NCBI GenBank assembly: GCA_900234795.1
Contig: LT962688.1
Coordinates: 2,100,001-2,132,000 of the forward strand
Length of the DNA stretch: 32,000 nt
Direction: 5' to 3'
From: Methylorubrum extorquens
GTDB lineage: Bacteria > Pseudomonadota > Alphaproteobacteria > Rhizobiales > Beijerinckiaceae
This document shows positions 8,291 through 17,906 of the stretch, piece by piece. A program made the translations under genes and the position numbers. Position 1 is the stretch's first letter. Each line of letters starts with the position of its first letter. The notes beneath the pieces are model-generated. The model ran no database searches. It was not told where the DNA came from and worked only from the letters and a program-made list of their open reading frames with translations.

Positions 8291-9091
8291 TCAGTCCTCT
8301 ATCCCTTGCGCCCTACGCCGGGCGGCGCGGATCTTTTCCATGCGCGAGACCGAAAACACCGAGGCCTCGTAGAGAAGCAGCATCGGGATCGCCAGTGAGA
8401 GCTGCGAGATCACGTCCGGCGGCGTCAGCACGGCGGCGGCGACGAAAACCAGCACGATGGCGTAGCGCCGCTTTTCCCGCAGGAAGGCCGCGTCGATCAC
8501 GCCGATCTGACCGAGAAGCGTGAGGATCACCGGCATCTGGAACGCGAGCCCGAAGGCGAAGATCAGCGTCATGATCAGCGAGAGGTACTCGTCGACCTTC
8601 GGCAGGAGCTTGATCGTCGCCTCGCCCGGCTGCCCGATCTGCTGCAGCGAGACCGAGAACTGGATCAGCAGCGGCATCGCCAGGAAGAAGACGACGAGCG
8701 CGCCGAGCAGGAAGAAGATCGGCGTCGCGACGAGATAGGGCAGGAAGGCCTGGCGCTCGTTGCGGTAGAGGCCCGGCGCGACGAAGGCGTAGACCTGGGT
8801 GGCGATGACGGGGAAGGCCAGGAAGCCCGCGCCGAACACGCTCAGTTTGATGTTGGTGAAGACCTGTTCGAGGAAGTGGGTCGCGATCAGCTCGGCATTC
8901 TGCGCCCCCACGATCGAGACGTAGGGATAGACGAGGATGTTGTAGATCTGTTTCGAGAAGAAGAAGCAGCCGAAGAACATCACGATGAACGCGATCAGCG
9001 ACTTAATCAGTCGCGAGCGCAGTTCGATCAGGTGCTCCAGAAGGGGTGCCCGCGAGGCCTCGATCTCGGCCTCATCGCGCTCGTCGCTCAT
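8291..9091 (-). CDS. tatC: Twin-arginine translocase subunit TatC
   Basis: 266 aa with six-TM-like hydrophobicity and N-terminus [31 protein letters not shown], typical of TatC. An ATGA overlap joins it to the tatB stop. Confidence 0.95.
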   Translation of the reverse strand: MSDERDEAEIEASRAPLLEHLIELRSRLIKSLIAFIVMFFGCFFFSKQIYNILVYPYVSIVGAQNAELIATHFLEQVFTNIKLSVFGAGFLAFPVIATQVYAFVAPGLYRNERQAFLPYLVATPIFFLLGALVVFFLAMPLLIQFSVSLQQIGQPGEATIKLLPKVDEYLSLIMTLIFAFGLAFQMPVILTLLGQIGVIDAAFLREKRRYAIVLVFVAAAVLTPPDVISQLSLAIPMLLLYEASVFSVSRMEKIRAARRRAQGIED

Positions 9092-9549
9092 GGAGTCGGG
9101 CCTGTCTCGGGCTTGGTGCCGGGGGTGGTGGAAGAGGTCTCGACGGCGGCGTGTGCCGGAGCCCCGTGCATCTGTTCGGCCTGCTGGCCGGGCGTCGGCC
9201 GCGGCACGTCGAAGCTGCCCGTCTCTTTCGCGCCGGCATCCTTGTTGCCGGAGCCGGGACGGCCCTCGACCGCGCTGCGGATCTCGTTGCGGATGGTGTC
9301 GACAGGGTTGAAGGTCGGCCGCGCGGAGTCGACGGTGCGCTTGACGCCCTCGACGTCGCGGCGGACCTCTTCCAGCTCCGCCTCGCGGATCGCCTCGTTG
9401 AACTGCGACTGGAACTCGCCGGCCATGCGCCGGACTTTGGTGGTGATCTGGCCCAGCGTGCGCAGGGCCTTCGGCAGATCCTTCGGCCCGATGACGATCA
9501 GGGCGACGCCGCCGATCAGCATCACCTCGCCCCAGCTCATGTCCAGCAT
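9088..9549 (-). CDS. tatB: Twin-arginine translocase subunit TatB
   Basis: [33 protein letters not shown] is a TatA/B-type TM plus amphipathic helix. It sits between tatA and tatC. Confidence 0.9.
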   Translation of the reverse strand: MLDMSWGEVMLIGGVALIVIGPKDLPKALRTLGQITTKVRRMAGEFQSQFNEAIREAELEEVRRDVEGVKRTVDSARPTFNPVDTIRNEIRSAVEGRPGSGNKDAGAKETGSFDVPRPTPGQQAEQMHGAPAHAAVETSSTTPGTKPETGPTP

Positions 9550-9693
9550 TGCGTCGTCCGTCCCGCGGGGCCGCGCCTGTCGAGGACGGGCGTGCGGCCC
9601 GCGCTATCCTGCCCGGAGCCGATCTTCAACCGTGCCCGAAAGCCGTTGCAGCCCTTACGCGCCCCTTTGCACGCCCCGTGTCGAGTCCGTCGG

Positions 9694-9981
9694 TCAGACG
9701 GCCTTATGGTCGCCCGCCGACACGTGCGGCTGAACATGCGGCGGCTGCGGGGCGGTGCCCGGCGCGCCCTGGTGCGGCAGCGTGCGGACCGGATCGTTCG
9801 GGCCCACCGGGGGCACGCTCGTCGCCGTATTCGGCTGGGTCTCGTCGTCGGCCATGCCCTTCTTGAAGGCCTTGATGCCCTTGGCGACGTCGCCCATCAG
9901 CTCCGACACCTTGCCGCGGCCGAACAGCAGCATGACGACGACCGCCACGATGACCCAGTGCCAGACACTCATGCTGCCCAT
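9694..9981 (-). CDS. tatA: Twin-arginine translocase subunit TatA
   Basis: [42 protein letters not shown]. An AGGAGG Shine-Dalgarno lies 5 nt upstream of the ATG at 9981-9979. Confidence 0.9.
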   Translation of the reverse strand: MGSMSVWHWVIVAVVVMLLFGRGKVSELMGDVAKGIKAFKKGMADDETQPNTATSVPPVGPNDPVRTLPHQGAPGTAPQPPHVQPHVSAGDHKAV

Positions 9982-10084
9982 GGCAACCTCCTACACCGCC
10001 CCAACTCCGGCGGCGCCTCCACTTGAATTGGGGCGAACCTAGGGATCGAGTGGCGCGAACACAAGCAGTGCAGGGCGCACAAGC

Positions 10085-10117
10085 GGGCAAAGGCTGCGCA
10101 GCCCTTGCCCTTCTTTG
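10085..10117. terminator. GC-rich hairpin (12-bp stem, one mismatch) with a T-tract only on the + strand, in the nagZ-tatA spacer
   Basis: GGGCAAAGGCTG (10085-10096), CG, CAGCCCTTGCCC (10099-10110), then TTCTTTG (10111-10117). It lies 137 nt downstream of the nagZ stop, which is on the - strand. Confidence 0.45.
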
Positions 10118-10246
10118 TCGCACTCCGCCTCGTTGCCGGGCGCGTCGAGGGACCAGCGGGCGCGAAGAGCGCCCGGCGGAGCGGGCCTCGGCTCAGCCGG
10201 GGCGGCTGCGGGCGTTTGAGGCCGGAAAAGCGGCGGCGGACCGCTG

Positions 10247-11278
10247 TTACGCGACCGCGCCGAAGGCCGCCTCGAAGCGGGCGCGCGCCTCGTCCACATT
10301 GATGGCGTCGGGAGACGTGAGGCGGGCAAGCGCGGTCTCGGCCCGGCGCGCGCCCTCCCCCGCCAGATCGGACGCGGCTTCGGCGACGGCGCGCATCTCG
10401 TCCATGCGTCCGTTGCAATGGAGAACCACATCGATGCCGGCCCGGTAGGCGGCTTGCGCCCGCTCGCGGAACGGGCCCTGGAGCGCGTGCATCGACAGGT
10501 CGTCGGTCATCAGCAGGCCGTCGAAGCCGATCTCGCCCCGCACGATCTCGCGGATCACGCGCTCCGACAGGGTGGCGGGCCGCTCGGGGTCGAGGGCGGT
10601 GAACACCACATGCGCGCTCATGGCGAGCGGCAGGTCGGCGAGCGCCCGGAACGGGCGGAAGTCGCTCTCGCCCAGACTCACGCGGTCGGCCTCGACCACG
10701 GGCAGGTCGAGATGGCTGTCGCAGGTCGCCCGGCCGTGACCGGGAATGTGCTTGATGACCGGCAGCACGCCACCCGCCATCAGCCCTTCGGCGACGGCGC
10801 GGCCGAGTTCGATCACCCGCTCCGGCGTGTCGGCGTAGGCCCGGTCGCCGATGATGCTGTCCGAGCCCGCGACGGGGACATCGAGCATCGGCGCGCAATC
10901 GACGTTGATGCCGACCGAGGCGAGGTCGTGCGCCATCAGCCGGGCGCCGAGCCGGGCCATCGCCGCGGCGTCGTCACCGAGGGCGCCGAAACGGCCGCCC
11001 GCGGGATATTTCGGCCAGTGCGGCGGGCCCATGCGCTGCACTCGCCCGCCCTCCTGATCGATCAGGATCGGCGCATCCGCCCGCCCGACCGTCTCGCGCA
11101 AGGCGGCCGTCAGGGCGCGCACCTCGTCCGGCGTGCCGATGTTGCGCTTGAACAGAATGAAGCCCCAGGGCCGCAGATCGCGGAAGAAGGCGGCTTCCTC
11201 GGGCGTCAGCGCCGTGCCGGAACAGCCGAGGATGACGGCGCGGGGCGTGCTGGCGGAGGTCATGCTGGCTGAGGTCAT
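10247..11278 (-). CDS. nagZ: Beta-N-acetylhexosaminidase (GH3, NagZ)
   Basis: ILIDQEGGRVQRM and KHIPGHGRATCDSHLDLPVV blocks are present. I chose the start MTSASMTSASTPRAVILG (ATG 11278-11276), with an alternative ATG at 11263. The rest of the tracked ORF upstream is not protein-like. Confidence 0.9.
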   Translation of the reverse strand: MTSASMTSASTPRAVILGCSGTALTPEEAAFFRDLRPWGFILFKRNIGTPDEVRALTAALRETVGRADAPILIDQEGGRVQRMGPPHWPKYPAGGRFGALGDDAAAMARLGARLMAHDLASVGINVDCAPMLDVPVAGSDSIIGDRAYADTPERVIELGRAVAEGLMAGGVLPVIKHIPGHGRATCDSHLDLPVVEADRVSLGESDFRPFRALADLPLAMSAHVVFTALDPERPATLSERVIREIVRGEIGFDGLLMTDDLSMHALQGPFRERAQAAYRAGIDVVLHCNGRMDEMRAVAEAASDLAGEGARRAETALARLTSPDAINVDEARARFEAAFGAVA

Positions 11279-11485
11279 GGGGCCGGCGTTCCTCGGATGG
11301 GGCAGAGGTCTTGCTGCAATCACGTCAACGGTCGAGCACGGCCTCGATCCCACCCACGTCCTCATCCTGAGGTGCCGCGAAGCGGCCTCGAAGGATCGTC
11401 CAGGGATCGCGCGCGATCTGGAAGAGGGAACAAAGCCCGGTCACGCGAACGCCTCACGATGAGCGCGCGAACGGGATGCTCGGAA

Positions 11486-11522
11486 TCGAGCCGGCTCCGG
11501 AGACGTACCGGAGCCGGCTCGA
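11486..11522 (-). terminator. Perfect 15-bp-stem hairpin downstream of the SPOR-domain gene
   Basis: TCGAGCCGGCTCCGG (11486-11500), 7-nt loop, CCGGAGCCGGCTCGA (11508-11522). It starts 20 nt after the stop at 11542. The U-tract is weak. Confidence 0.6.
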
Positions 11523-11541
11523 TGGCAATCGCGGTCTCAGC

Positions 11542-12960
11542 CTAGTTTTTGGCGACGAAGCACTGGCCGCCTGCACCCTGCAGCGCGCTGCACAGGCTGG
11601 AGGCCTCGTTCTTGGCGAGCGGTCCGACGCGGACACGGAACAGGGTCTTGCCGTTCACCTCGGCCTGCCGGATCAGCTCGGGCTTGCCGGAGAGCTGGCT
11701 GTACTTGCCCTGCATCTCGCGGAAGGCGGCCCGCGCCTCGCTCTCGCTGCCGCGCACGCCGAGCTGGACCGAGTAGCCGCTGACCGGCGCCGTGAGCGAG
11801 GCGGAGGTGGGGGCGGGCTCGGAGGTGCTGGCGGTGGTCTCGGGCGAGACGGAGGCGACGCGCTGCGGGGCCTTCGGGCGCGCGGCGGGCGCGGCCGGCG
11901 GCTCCGCCGGTGCCTCGGCGACGGGCGTGGGCGCCGGCGCCGTGGCCAGGGTGCGCAACGCGGAGCGACGGGGCTCCGACGACGGCGTCGCGGTGCTCGC
12001 AGCGGTGTCGGGCATCGTCATGGTCGGGATCGCCGAGGCAGACGCTTGGGCAGTCTCGGCCGCGGGCGCCGGCGACTGGTGGACCGGGGTGTCCGGCTTG
12101 ACCGAGACGGTGCGCACCCGACGCGGCTCGCCGAACGTGTCAGACAACGTGCCGCCGGGGGTCGCCCCGCCCTGCCCCGGCTCGCCGCCATCGCTGCGGG
12201 CGGCGGCGGTGCGGGCGGCTTGGTTGACGTCGAGCGGCTGCTCTTCGCGGTTGACGATCTTGATCTGACCGTCCTTGGCGTTGCGGTCGTAGATCTGCTT
12301 GTTCTGATCGGGAATCTCGACGCCGTCGGTCGCGGTCGGCTGCACCTTCAGCGGGGTCTTGTCGGCGAGCACGGTGATTGGGCCGCCGCTGCCGCCGCCA
12401 TGGGTGCCGCGCCACGCCAGGGCACCGCCGACGCAGACGGCGACCACGGCGAGGCCTGCGCCGACCTGGACGAGGCAGTTGCGGCCGCGCGGACGGTCCG
12501 CAGACCGCGTCCGGTAAGTCTCGTCGGCCTCGGCGAAGGCAGCCGGATCGGTCGTGCCGTCGGCGTACATGCCCTGCTCGACGGAGGCGAGATACTGGTC
12601 GAAGGCGTCCGCTGGGCTCTGGGACTGACCCTGCATGTCAGCATGCGCCTGAGTCCGGGCCGGGTCGTGGGCGGGTTCGTCCACGAAGGTCGGCTCGACG
12701 CGGGCCGGACGGCCCGTCTCCGACGCGCGCGTCACCGGAGCCGCCTCCTGGGCAGCACCCTTCTCCCGCGCTTCCAGCAGGGCGCGGAAGGGATCGTCCT
12801 GCCCGACGATGCGGGCAAGCTCGGCGAGCGGGTCGCCCTTGGGTGCGCCCTTGGGTGCGGCCTGCGGCGCCTTCGCCCGGATCGCCTCCTGCGACGTCTG
12901 ACGCAGCTCGCGCTCGAAGGCATCGAAGTCGACCGTCGCGCGCGAAGCGTGTCCCGTCAT
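11542..12960 (-). CDS. SPOR-domain (septal peptidoglycan-binding) membrane protein
   Basis: The C-terminus YSVQLGVRGSESEARAAFREMQGKYSQLSGKPELIRQAEVNGKTLFRVRVGPLAKNEASSLCSALQGAGGQCFVAKN is a SPOR fold. There is a single TM (LVQVGAGLAVVAVCVGGALAW) and a Pro/Ala-rich linker. The position between argS and nagZ is conserved. Confidence 0.85.
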   Translation of the reverse strand: MTGHASRATVDFDAFERELRQTSQEAIRAKAPQAAPKGAPKGDPLAELARIVGQDDPFRALLEAREKGAAQEAAPVTRASETGRPARVEPTFVDEPAHDPARTQAHADMQGQSQSPADAFDQYLASVEQGMYADGTTDPAAFAEADETYRTRSADRPRGRNCLVQVGAGLAVVAVCVGGALAWRGTHGGGSGGPITVLADKTPLKVQPTATDGVEIPDQNKQIYDRNAKDGQIKIVNREEQPLDVNQAARTAAARSDGGEPGQGGATPGGTLSDTFGEPRRVRTVSVKPDTPVHQSPAPAAETAQASASAIPTMTMPDTAASTATPSSEPRRSALRTLATAPAPTPVAEAPAEPPAAPAARPKAPQRVASVSPETTASTSEPAPTSASLTAPVSGYSVQLGVRGSESEARAAFREMQGKYSQLSGKPELIRQAEVNGKTLFRVRVGPLAKNEASSLCSALQGAGGQCFVAKN

Positions 12961-12989
12961 GGCTTCATCCTCTCAACAACCGTCCTCGG

Positions 12990-14747
12990 TCACCGCATCT
13001 CGTTGGGTGCGGAGACGCCCAAAACCGCGAGGCCGGAGGCGAGAACGCCGCCCAAAGCCTCGACGAGGGCTAAGCGAGCCCGGGTGGAGTTTCTGTCGGT
13101 TGGATTAACAATCCGTAATTGCGGCAAGTCTTTGCCCTTATTCCAGAAACTATGAAGCGAACTTGCCGTTTCATAGAGGTAGAACGCAATTCGGTGCGGT
13201 TCGTGCGCCGCCGCCGCTGATTCGAGCACCCGCGGATACTGGGCAATCAGGCGCATCATCTCGATCTCGCCGGGATCGGTGAGCACCGACAGGTCCGCGT
13301 CAGCCAGCAGCGCCGCGGGCGAAAAATCCTCGCCGGGCAGTGCCTCGCGGGCCTGGCGCAGCACCGAGAAGCGGCGGGCGTGGCCGTACTGCACGTAGAA
13401 GACCGGGTTGTCCTTCGATTGCTCCACCACCTTGGCGAGGTCGAAATCCAGCGTCGCGTCGTTCTTGCGGTAGAGCATCATGAAGCGGATCGCGTCGCGG
13501 CCGACCTCGTCGATGACGTCGCGCAGCGTCACGAACTCGCCCGCGCGCTTCGACATCTTCACCGGCTCGCCTGCGCGTAAGAGCCGCACGAGCTGGCAGA
13601 GCTTGACGTCGAGCCGGGCCTGCCCGTCGCTGACCGCCTTCACCGCCGCCTGCATCCGCTTGACGTAGCCGCCATGGTCGGCGCCGAGCACGTCGATGAG
13701 CTCGTTGGCGCCGCGCAGCCACTTGTCGCGGTGATAGGCGATGTCGGAGGCAAAGTAGGTGAAGGAGCCGTCGGACTTCAGCAGCGCCCGGTCCACGTCG
13801 TCGCCGAACTGGCTCGAGCGGAACAGGGTCTGCTCCCGGTCCTCCCAATCGTCGGGCAACTGGCCCTTGGGCGGCGGCAGGCGCCCCTCGTAGACGAGGC
13901 CCTTCTGCCGCAGGGCGTCGAGCAGCTCCGCGACCTTACCGCCGTTCTCGCCCTGGAGCGTGGCTTCCGAGAAGAACACGTCGTGGCGGATGCCGATCGC
14001 CGCGAGATCCTCGCGGATCATCGCCATCATCGCGTCGATGGCGAAGCGGCGCACCTGCGGCAGCCATTCGTGCTCGGGCCGGTCGAGGAGCGCCCGGCCA
14101 TGCGTCTCCGCGAGCTTTGCGCCCACCGGCTTGAGATAGTCGCCGGGATAGAGCCCCTCGGGGATGGTGATCGTCTCGCCCAGCGCCTCGCGGTAGCGCA
14201 GATAGGCGGAGCGGGCGAGCACATCGACCTGCGCGCCGGCATCGTTGATGTAGTACTCGCGCGTCACCGGCCGGCCGGCGGCGGCGAGCAGGTTCGCGAG
14301 CGCATCGCCGAACACCGCGCCCCGCCCATGTCCGACATGCATCGGCCCCGTGGGGTTGGCCGAGACGTACTCGATGTTGACCGGGCCGCCCGGCATTTGT
14401 CCGCGCCCGAAATTCTCGCCCTCGCTGAGCGCGGCACGGATCACATCCTGAAACACCTCCGGTGCGAGCCGCAGGTTGATGAAGCCGGGGCCCGCCACGC
14501 TCGCCTCGACGATGCGCGGATCGGTGCGCAGCTCTTCGGCCAGCGCCTCGCCGAGCGCCTTCGGGTTCTGCTTGGCCTCCTTGGCCAGCACCAGGGCGGC
14601 ATTGGTGGCGAGATCGCCGTGCGAGGCGTCGCGCGGCGGCTCGACCACGACGCGCGACAGGTCGAGCCCCTCGGGCAGCCGGCCGGAGCGGGTGAGGGAT
14701 TCGAGCGCCTCGCGCACGCGCGTCTCGAAGAGGGCGAAGATGTTCAT
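12990..14747 (-). CDS. argS: Arginine--tRNA ligase
   Basis: 585 aa with a class I HIGH-type motif ([12 protein letters not shown]) and a KMSKS-type motif (VKMSKRAG). The C-terminal anticodon-binding region ends ...APNEMR. Confidence 0.95.
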   Translation of the reverse strand: MNIFALFETRVREALESLTRSGRLPEGLDLSRVVVEPPRDASHGDLATNAALVLAKEAKQNPKALGEALAEELRTDPRIVEASVAGPGFINLRLAPEVFQDVIRAALSEGENFGRGQMPGGPVNIEYVSANPTGPMHVGHGRGAVFGDALANLLAAAGRPVTREYYINDAGAQVDVLARSAYLRYREALGETITIPEGLYPGDYLKPVGAKLAETHGRALLDRPEHEWLPQVRRFAIDAMMAMIREDLAAIGIRHDVFFSEATLQGENGGKVAELLDALRQKGLVYEGRLPPPKGQLPDDWEDREQTLFRSSQFGDDVDRALLKSDGSFTYFASDIAYHRDKWLRGANELIDVLGADHGGYVKRMQAAVKAVSDGQARLDVKLCQLVRLLRAGEPVKMSKRAGEFVTLRDVIDEVGRDAIRFMMLYRKNDATLDFDLAKVVEQSKDNPVFYVQYGHARRFSVLRQAREALPGEDFSPAALLADADLSVLTDPGEIEMMRLIAQYPRVLESAAAAHEPHRIAFYLYETASSLHSFWNKGKDLPQLRIVNPTDRNSTRARLALVEALGGVLASGLAVLGVSAPNEMR

Positions 14748-14841
14748 GAGGCTCAGTGTTCGTCGTTACCGCGTGCCGGCCCACCCGCGCGTCGGGCGGC
14801 CGGAACCGTTCGGGGCGGCATAGCAATGGCGGGCGGGAGTG

Positions 14842-15318
14842 TCACGGCGCCTCCCCTCGGACGACCGCGAGTTCCGCCAGTACGGCCCGCAGCCGCTCGG
14901 GCAGCGGCACCGGCCGGCGCGTCTCCCGGTCGACATAGACGTGGACGAAGTGCCCCTGCGCGGCGGCTTCCGCCTCGTCTTCGCGAAAAATCGCGATCTC
15001 GTAGCGCACGCTGGTACGGCCGAGATGGGCCACCCGCACGCCGGCGGTGATCCGATCGAGGAAGGCGATCGGGGCGAAGTAGCGGCAGCCTGTCTCGACC
15101 ACGAGTCCGATGACGGGGGAGCGGGCGATGTCGAGGGCGCCCGCCTCCACCAGGATCCCGTTCACCGCCGTGTCGAAGAAGGCGTAGTAGACGACATTGT
15201 TGACGTGCCCGTAGACGTCGTTGTCGCCCCAGCGCGTCGTCAGCGGCACGAGCCGGGGATAGGCGGCGCGGGTGTCGCGCGCGTTGGTACGGTCGGCGCT
15301 CAATCGGTCCTCCGTCAT
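14842..15318 (-). CDS. Acyl-CoA thioesterase, hotdog fold (4HBT / YbgC-like)
   Basis: I chose the internal start [11 protein letters not shown] (ATG 15318-15316). The [23 protein letters not shown] block is typical of 4HBT thioesterases. The upstream half of the tracked 381-aa ORF is antisense to the Gly-rich gene. Confidence 0.8.
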   Translation of the reverse strand: MTEDRLSADRTNARDTRAAYPRLVPLTTRWGDNDVYGHVNNVVYYAFFDTAVNGILVEAGALDIARSPVIGLVVETGCRYFAPIAFLDRITAGVRVAHLGRTSVRYEIAIFREDEAEAAAQGHFVHVYVDRETRRPVPLPERLRAVLAELAVVRGEAP

Positions 15319-15447
15319 CTGGCCGTATGCTTTTCCCGTGCCGCCTTTCGCGCGGGGACAAGAGGCTCTCTCGGTAGAATGCAGCGTTGCACGCAGGGCG
15401 CGAAGGGCGGCGTTGTCGAGGCAAGATCCTGCATGGAGACTGTTTCG

Positions 15448-15981
15448 ATGAAGTCCTTCGCCCTCGCCGCCACGGCCCTCGCCACCCTGATCCTCGCACC
15501 CGCAACCGCCGAGGCCCGCGAGTTCGGCGGACATGGCGGGTATGTCGGCGGCGGTCGCCATCAGGGCGGCTACGGCCATCACGGCTATGGCGCCCGCTTC
15601 GGTCAGGCCGGGCGCTTCGGTGGGTATCGCGGCGGGTTCGCCGGCCATCGCGGCGGCTTTGGGCATCGCGGCTATGGCCATCACGGCTTCGGATATCGCG
15701 GATACGCCGCGCGCGGCGTCTACGGCCGCGGCTACGGCTACGGACGGGGTGCCGGCATCGGCCTCGCGGGGGCCGGGATCGGTCTGGCCGGTGCCGGGCT
15801 GGGGCTGGGCCTCGGGCTTGCCGGCGGCGCGCTGAGCGCCGGCTACGGCTGGGGTGGTTACGGCGGCTACGCCGCGCCCGCCTACGGCTACGCGGCACCG
15901 GCCTATGGCTACGCGCCCGTCACCTACGGCAATGCCCCGATCTACAACACCGGCGACGGCGCGGGCTGCGTCTGCGAATGA
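15448..15981 (+). CDS. Secreted low-complexity Gly/Tyr/His/Arg-rich protein (177 aa)
   Basis: GGAGA (15435-15439) lies 8 nt upstream of the ATG at 15448. The signal peptide is [23 protein letters not shown]. The mature 154 aa contain 57 Gly, 19 Tyr, 11 Arg and 8 His by my count. Third-position G+C is high. The AAPAYGY repeat is encoded twice (15871-15891, 15892-15912) with only synonymous differences. Confidence 0.75.
   Translation: MKSFALAATALATLILAPATAEAREFGGHGGYVGGGRHQGGYGHHGYGARFGQAGRFGGYRGGFAGHRGGFGHRGYGHHGFGYRGYAARGVYGRGYGYGRGAGIGLAGAGIGLAGAGLGLGLGLAGGALSAGYGWGGYGGYAAPAYGYAAPAYGYAPVTYGNAPIYNTGDGAGCVCE
15871..15912 (+). repeat. Tandem 21-nt coding repeat (AAPAYGY x2) inside the Gly-rich gene
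   Basis: Unit 1 is GCCGCGCCCGCCTACGGCTAC and unit 2 is GCGGCACCGGCCTATGGCTAC. The peptides are identical and the four nucleotide differences are all synonymous. A degenerate third unit (APVTYGN) follows. Confidence 0.8.
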
Positions 15982-16008
15982 GAGCATGAGCCTTCCGTTG
16001 GCGGTGCC

Positions 16009-17262
16009 TCACGGCTCCGTCAGCGGCAGGCCGCGGCTCGGCGGGCTCCAGTGCAGGTTGGGCGTCGCCGCAAACAGCCGGCCGTGCTCCAGCACCGCGT
16101 AGGTGTCGGTCATGCCGGCGATATAGTCGGCGATGCGCCGGGCGAGGCGGGCCTCGCTGGCATTCTCCAGCCCCTCCGACCATTCGGCCGGCATCCGCGC
16201 GGGGTCGGCGCGGAAGGCCGAGAACAGGTCGTCGACGATGGTCGCGGCCTTGGCCCGCACCGCCATCACTTCCGGATGGCGGTACATCCGCGCGAACAGG
16301 AAGCGCTTGATGTCCGCATCCGCCGTGGCGATGGCCGGCGAGAAGGCGATGACCGGCTCCTGCGCGGCGCGGATGTCGCCGACGCTGCGGGGGGCCAGCG
16401 CGGCGATGCGCGCCTCGCTCTCGCGGATCACGTCCTCGACGAAGCGCGTGATGACCCGGCGCGCCAGCTCGTGGATCTTCCGCGACGGCTCCAGGCCGGG
16501 ATGCAGGGTGTCGATCTCGTCGAGCAACCCGTTCAGGAACGGCACGGCCGTGAGGTCGGCAAGATCGAACAGCCCGGCCCGCAAGCCGTCGTCGAGGTCG
16601 TGGGCGTCGTAGGCGATGTCGTCGGCGAGCGCCGCGCCCTGCGCCTCCGGTCCGGCGAAGCGCGACAGTTCGAGGTCGTTGGTCGCGTTGTATTCCAGCA
16701 CGGCCGCCGGGATGCCGTCGGCGGCGTAGCGCCGGACCGGCGCGCCGGAGGCGTCGAGGAGTGGGCCGTTATGCTTGACCAGCCCCTCCAGCGTCTCCCA
16801 GGTCAGGTTGAGGCCGTCGAAGCCGGCATAGCGCCGCTCCAGCCGCGTGACGATGCGCAAAGCCTGGGCGTTGTGGTCGAAGCCGCCATACTCGGCCATG
16901 CAGGCGTGCAGCGCGTCCTCGCCGGTATGCCCGAAACAGGTGTGGCCGAGGTCATGGCTCAGCGCCAGCGCTTCGGCCAGATCCTCGTCGAGGCCGAGCG
17001 CCCGGGCGAGCGCCCGGGCGATCTGGCTCACCTCCAGACTGTGGGTGAGCCGCGTGCGGTAATGGTCGCCCTCGTGATGCACGAAGACCTGCGTCTTGTG
17101 CTTCAGCCGCCGGAAGGCGGTCGAGTGGATGATCCGGTCGCGGTCGCGCTGGAAGTCGCTGCGGGTGGGCGAGAACGCCTCGGGGATCAGCCGCCCGCGG
17201 GTCGCCGCCGGATCGGTGGCGTAGGGCGCCCGCCAGCGCTCGCCGTTCTGCCGCACCTGCAC
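16009..17262 (-). CDS. Deoxyguanosinetriphosphate triphosphohydrolase-like HD-domain protein
   Basis: HD-domain blocks [16 protein letters not shown] and [13 protein letters not shown]. There is no ATG near the conserved N-terminus [13 protein letters not shown] at 17262-17260, preceded by AAGGAAGAG, is the most plausible start. The tracked ORF extends to 17340. Confidence 0.85.
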   Translation of the reverse strand: MQVRQNGERWRAPYATDPAATRGRLIPEAFSPTRSDFQRDRDRIIHSTAFRRLKHKTQVFVHHEGDHYRTRLTHSLEVSQIARALARALGLDEDLAEALALSHDLGHTCFGHTGEDALHACMAEYGGFDHNAQALRIVTRLERRYAGFDGLNLTWETLEGLVKHNGPLLDASGAPVRRYAADGIPAAVLEYNATNDLELSRFAGPEAQGAALADDIAYDAHDLDDGLRAGLFDLADLTAVPFLNGLLDEIDTLHPGLEPSRKIHELARRVITRFVEDVIRESEARIAALAPRSVGDIRAAQEPVIAFSPAIATADADIKRFLFARMYRHPEVMAVRAKAATIVDDLFSAFRADPARMPAEWSEGLENASEARLARRIADYIAGMTDTYAVLEHGRLFAATPNLHWSPPSRGLPLTEP

Positions 17263-17388
17263 AGCTCTTCCTTTCGCAGCCGCGTTGCGGCCAGCCCTCG
17301 CACCCCATATCTTGGGTAGGGAGAAGCCCGCGGCAATCACGGGCTCTTACCTTCACGACACCGGTTCGAGAAACGGGGCCGCGCCACG

Positions 17389-17715
17389 ATGGCCGACATC
17401 AACCTCACCGCCCGCGCCGCCAAGCGGATCAACGAGATCATGGGTGCCGAGCCCCCCGGCTCGTCGCTGCGCATCAGCGTGAACGGCGGCGGCTGCTCGG
17501 GCTTCTCCTACGCCTTCGACATTACCAGTGCCCGCGAGGGCGACGACGTGGTGATCGAGCGCGACGGCGCCACCGTGCTCGTCGATCCCGTCTCGCTCGA
17601 ATATATGGGCGGCGCGACCATCGACTTCGTGAACGACCTGATCGGCCAGTCCTTCAAGATCGAGAACCCGCTCGCCACTGCCTCCTGCGGCTGCGGCACC
17701 TCCTTCGCGATCTGA
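17389..17715 (+). CDS. erpA: Iron-sulfur cluster insertion protein (HesB/IscA family, ErpA-like)
   Basis: 108 aa with the GGGCSGFSY block and a C-terminal CGCGTSFAI, the A-type carrier cysteine triad. Confidence 0.9.
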   Translation: MADINLTARAAKRINEIMGAEPPGSSLRISVNGGGCSGFSYAFDITSAREGDDVVIERDGATVLVDPVSLEYMGGATIDFVNDLIGQSFKIENPLATASCGCGTSFAI

Positions 17716-17906
17716 GGCGAGCCCGACCGGCGATCGGGTGAAGCGGTCGCCATTCCGGCCTCAAGCGCCATGAGCCCGCCCAAGCGGGTTCGCGCGATTG
17801 CCCTGCCGTGGCACCGGCGCAATTGCCACGCCTGTGGAAAACCGGCAGGGATGGAAGTCTCACGGCCCTTCTCCGATCTCCCGCCAGCCTGCGATCTGAT
17901 CCAGCC

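Noticed and set aside
9982-10246. Absence of scpA/scpB between nagZ and tatA, and of serS after tatC, compared with the synteny I recall for several Rhizobiales
   Set aside because: This rests on remembered gene order in other genera, and I cannot verify what is normal for this lineage. It is not evidence of anything unusual without a genome comparison.
11249-11278. 15-bp tandem duplication at the nagZ start (ATGACCTCAGCCAGC ATGACCTCCGCCAGC, giving MTSAS-MTSAS)
   Set aside because: It is real in the sequence. It is only a small in-frame duplication in a non-conserved N-terminus, and its main effect is to make the start codon ambiguous (11278 or 11263).
14839-15987. Two 380-aa ORFs on opposite strands covering the same DNA
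   Set aside because: Each is a chimera of one real gene and the antisense of the other. Only 14842-15318 (-) is thioesterase-like, and only 15448-15981 (+) has a signal peptide, a Shine-Dalgarno and synonymous-only repeat divergence.
17809-17826. TGGCAC...TTGC resembling a sigma54 -24/-12 promoter upstream of the 632-aa gene
   Set aside because: The GG and GC dinucleotides are 15 nt apart rather than the 12 nt of the consensus TGGCACG-N4-TTGC.
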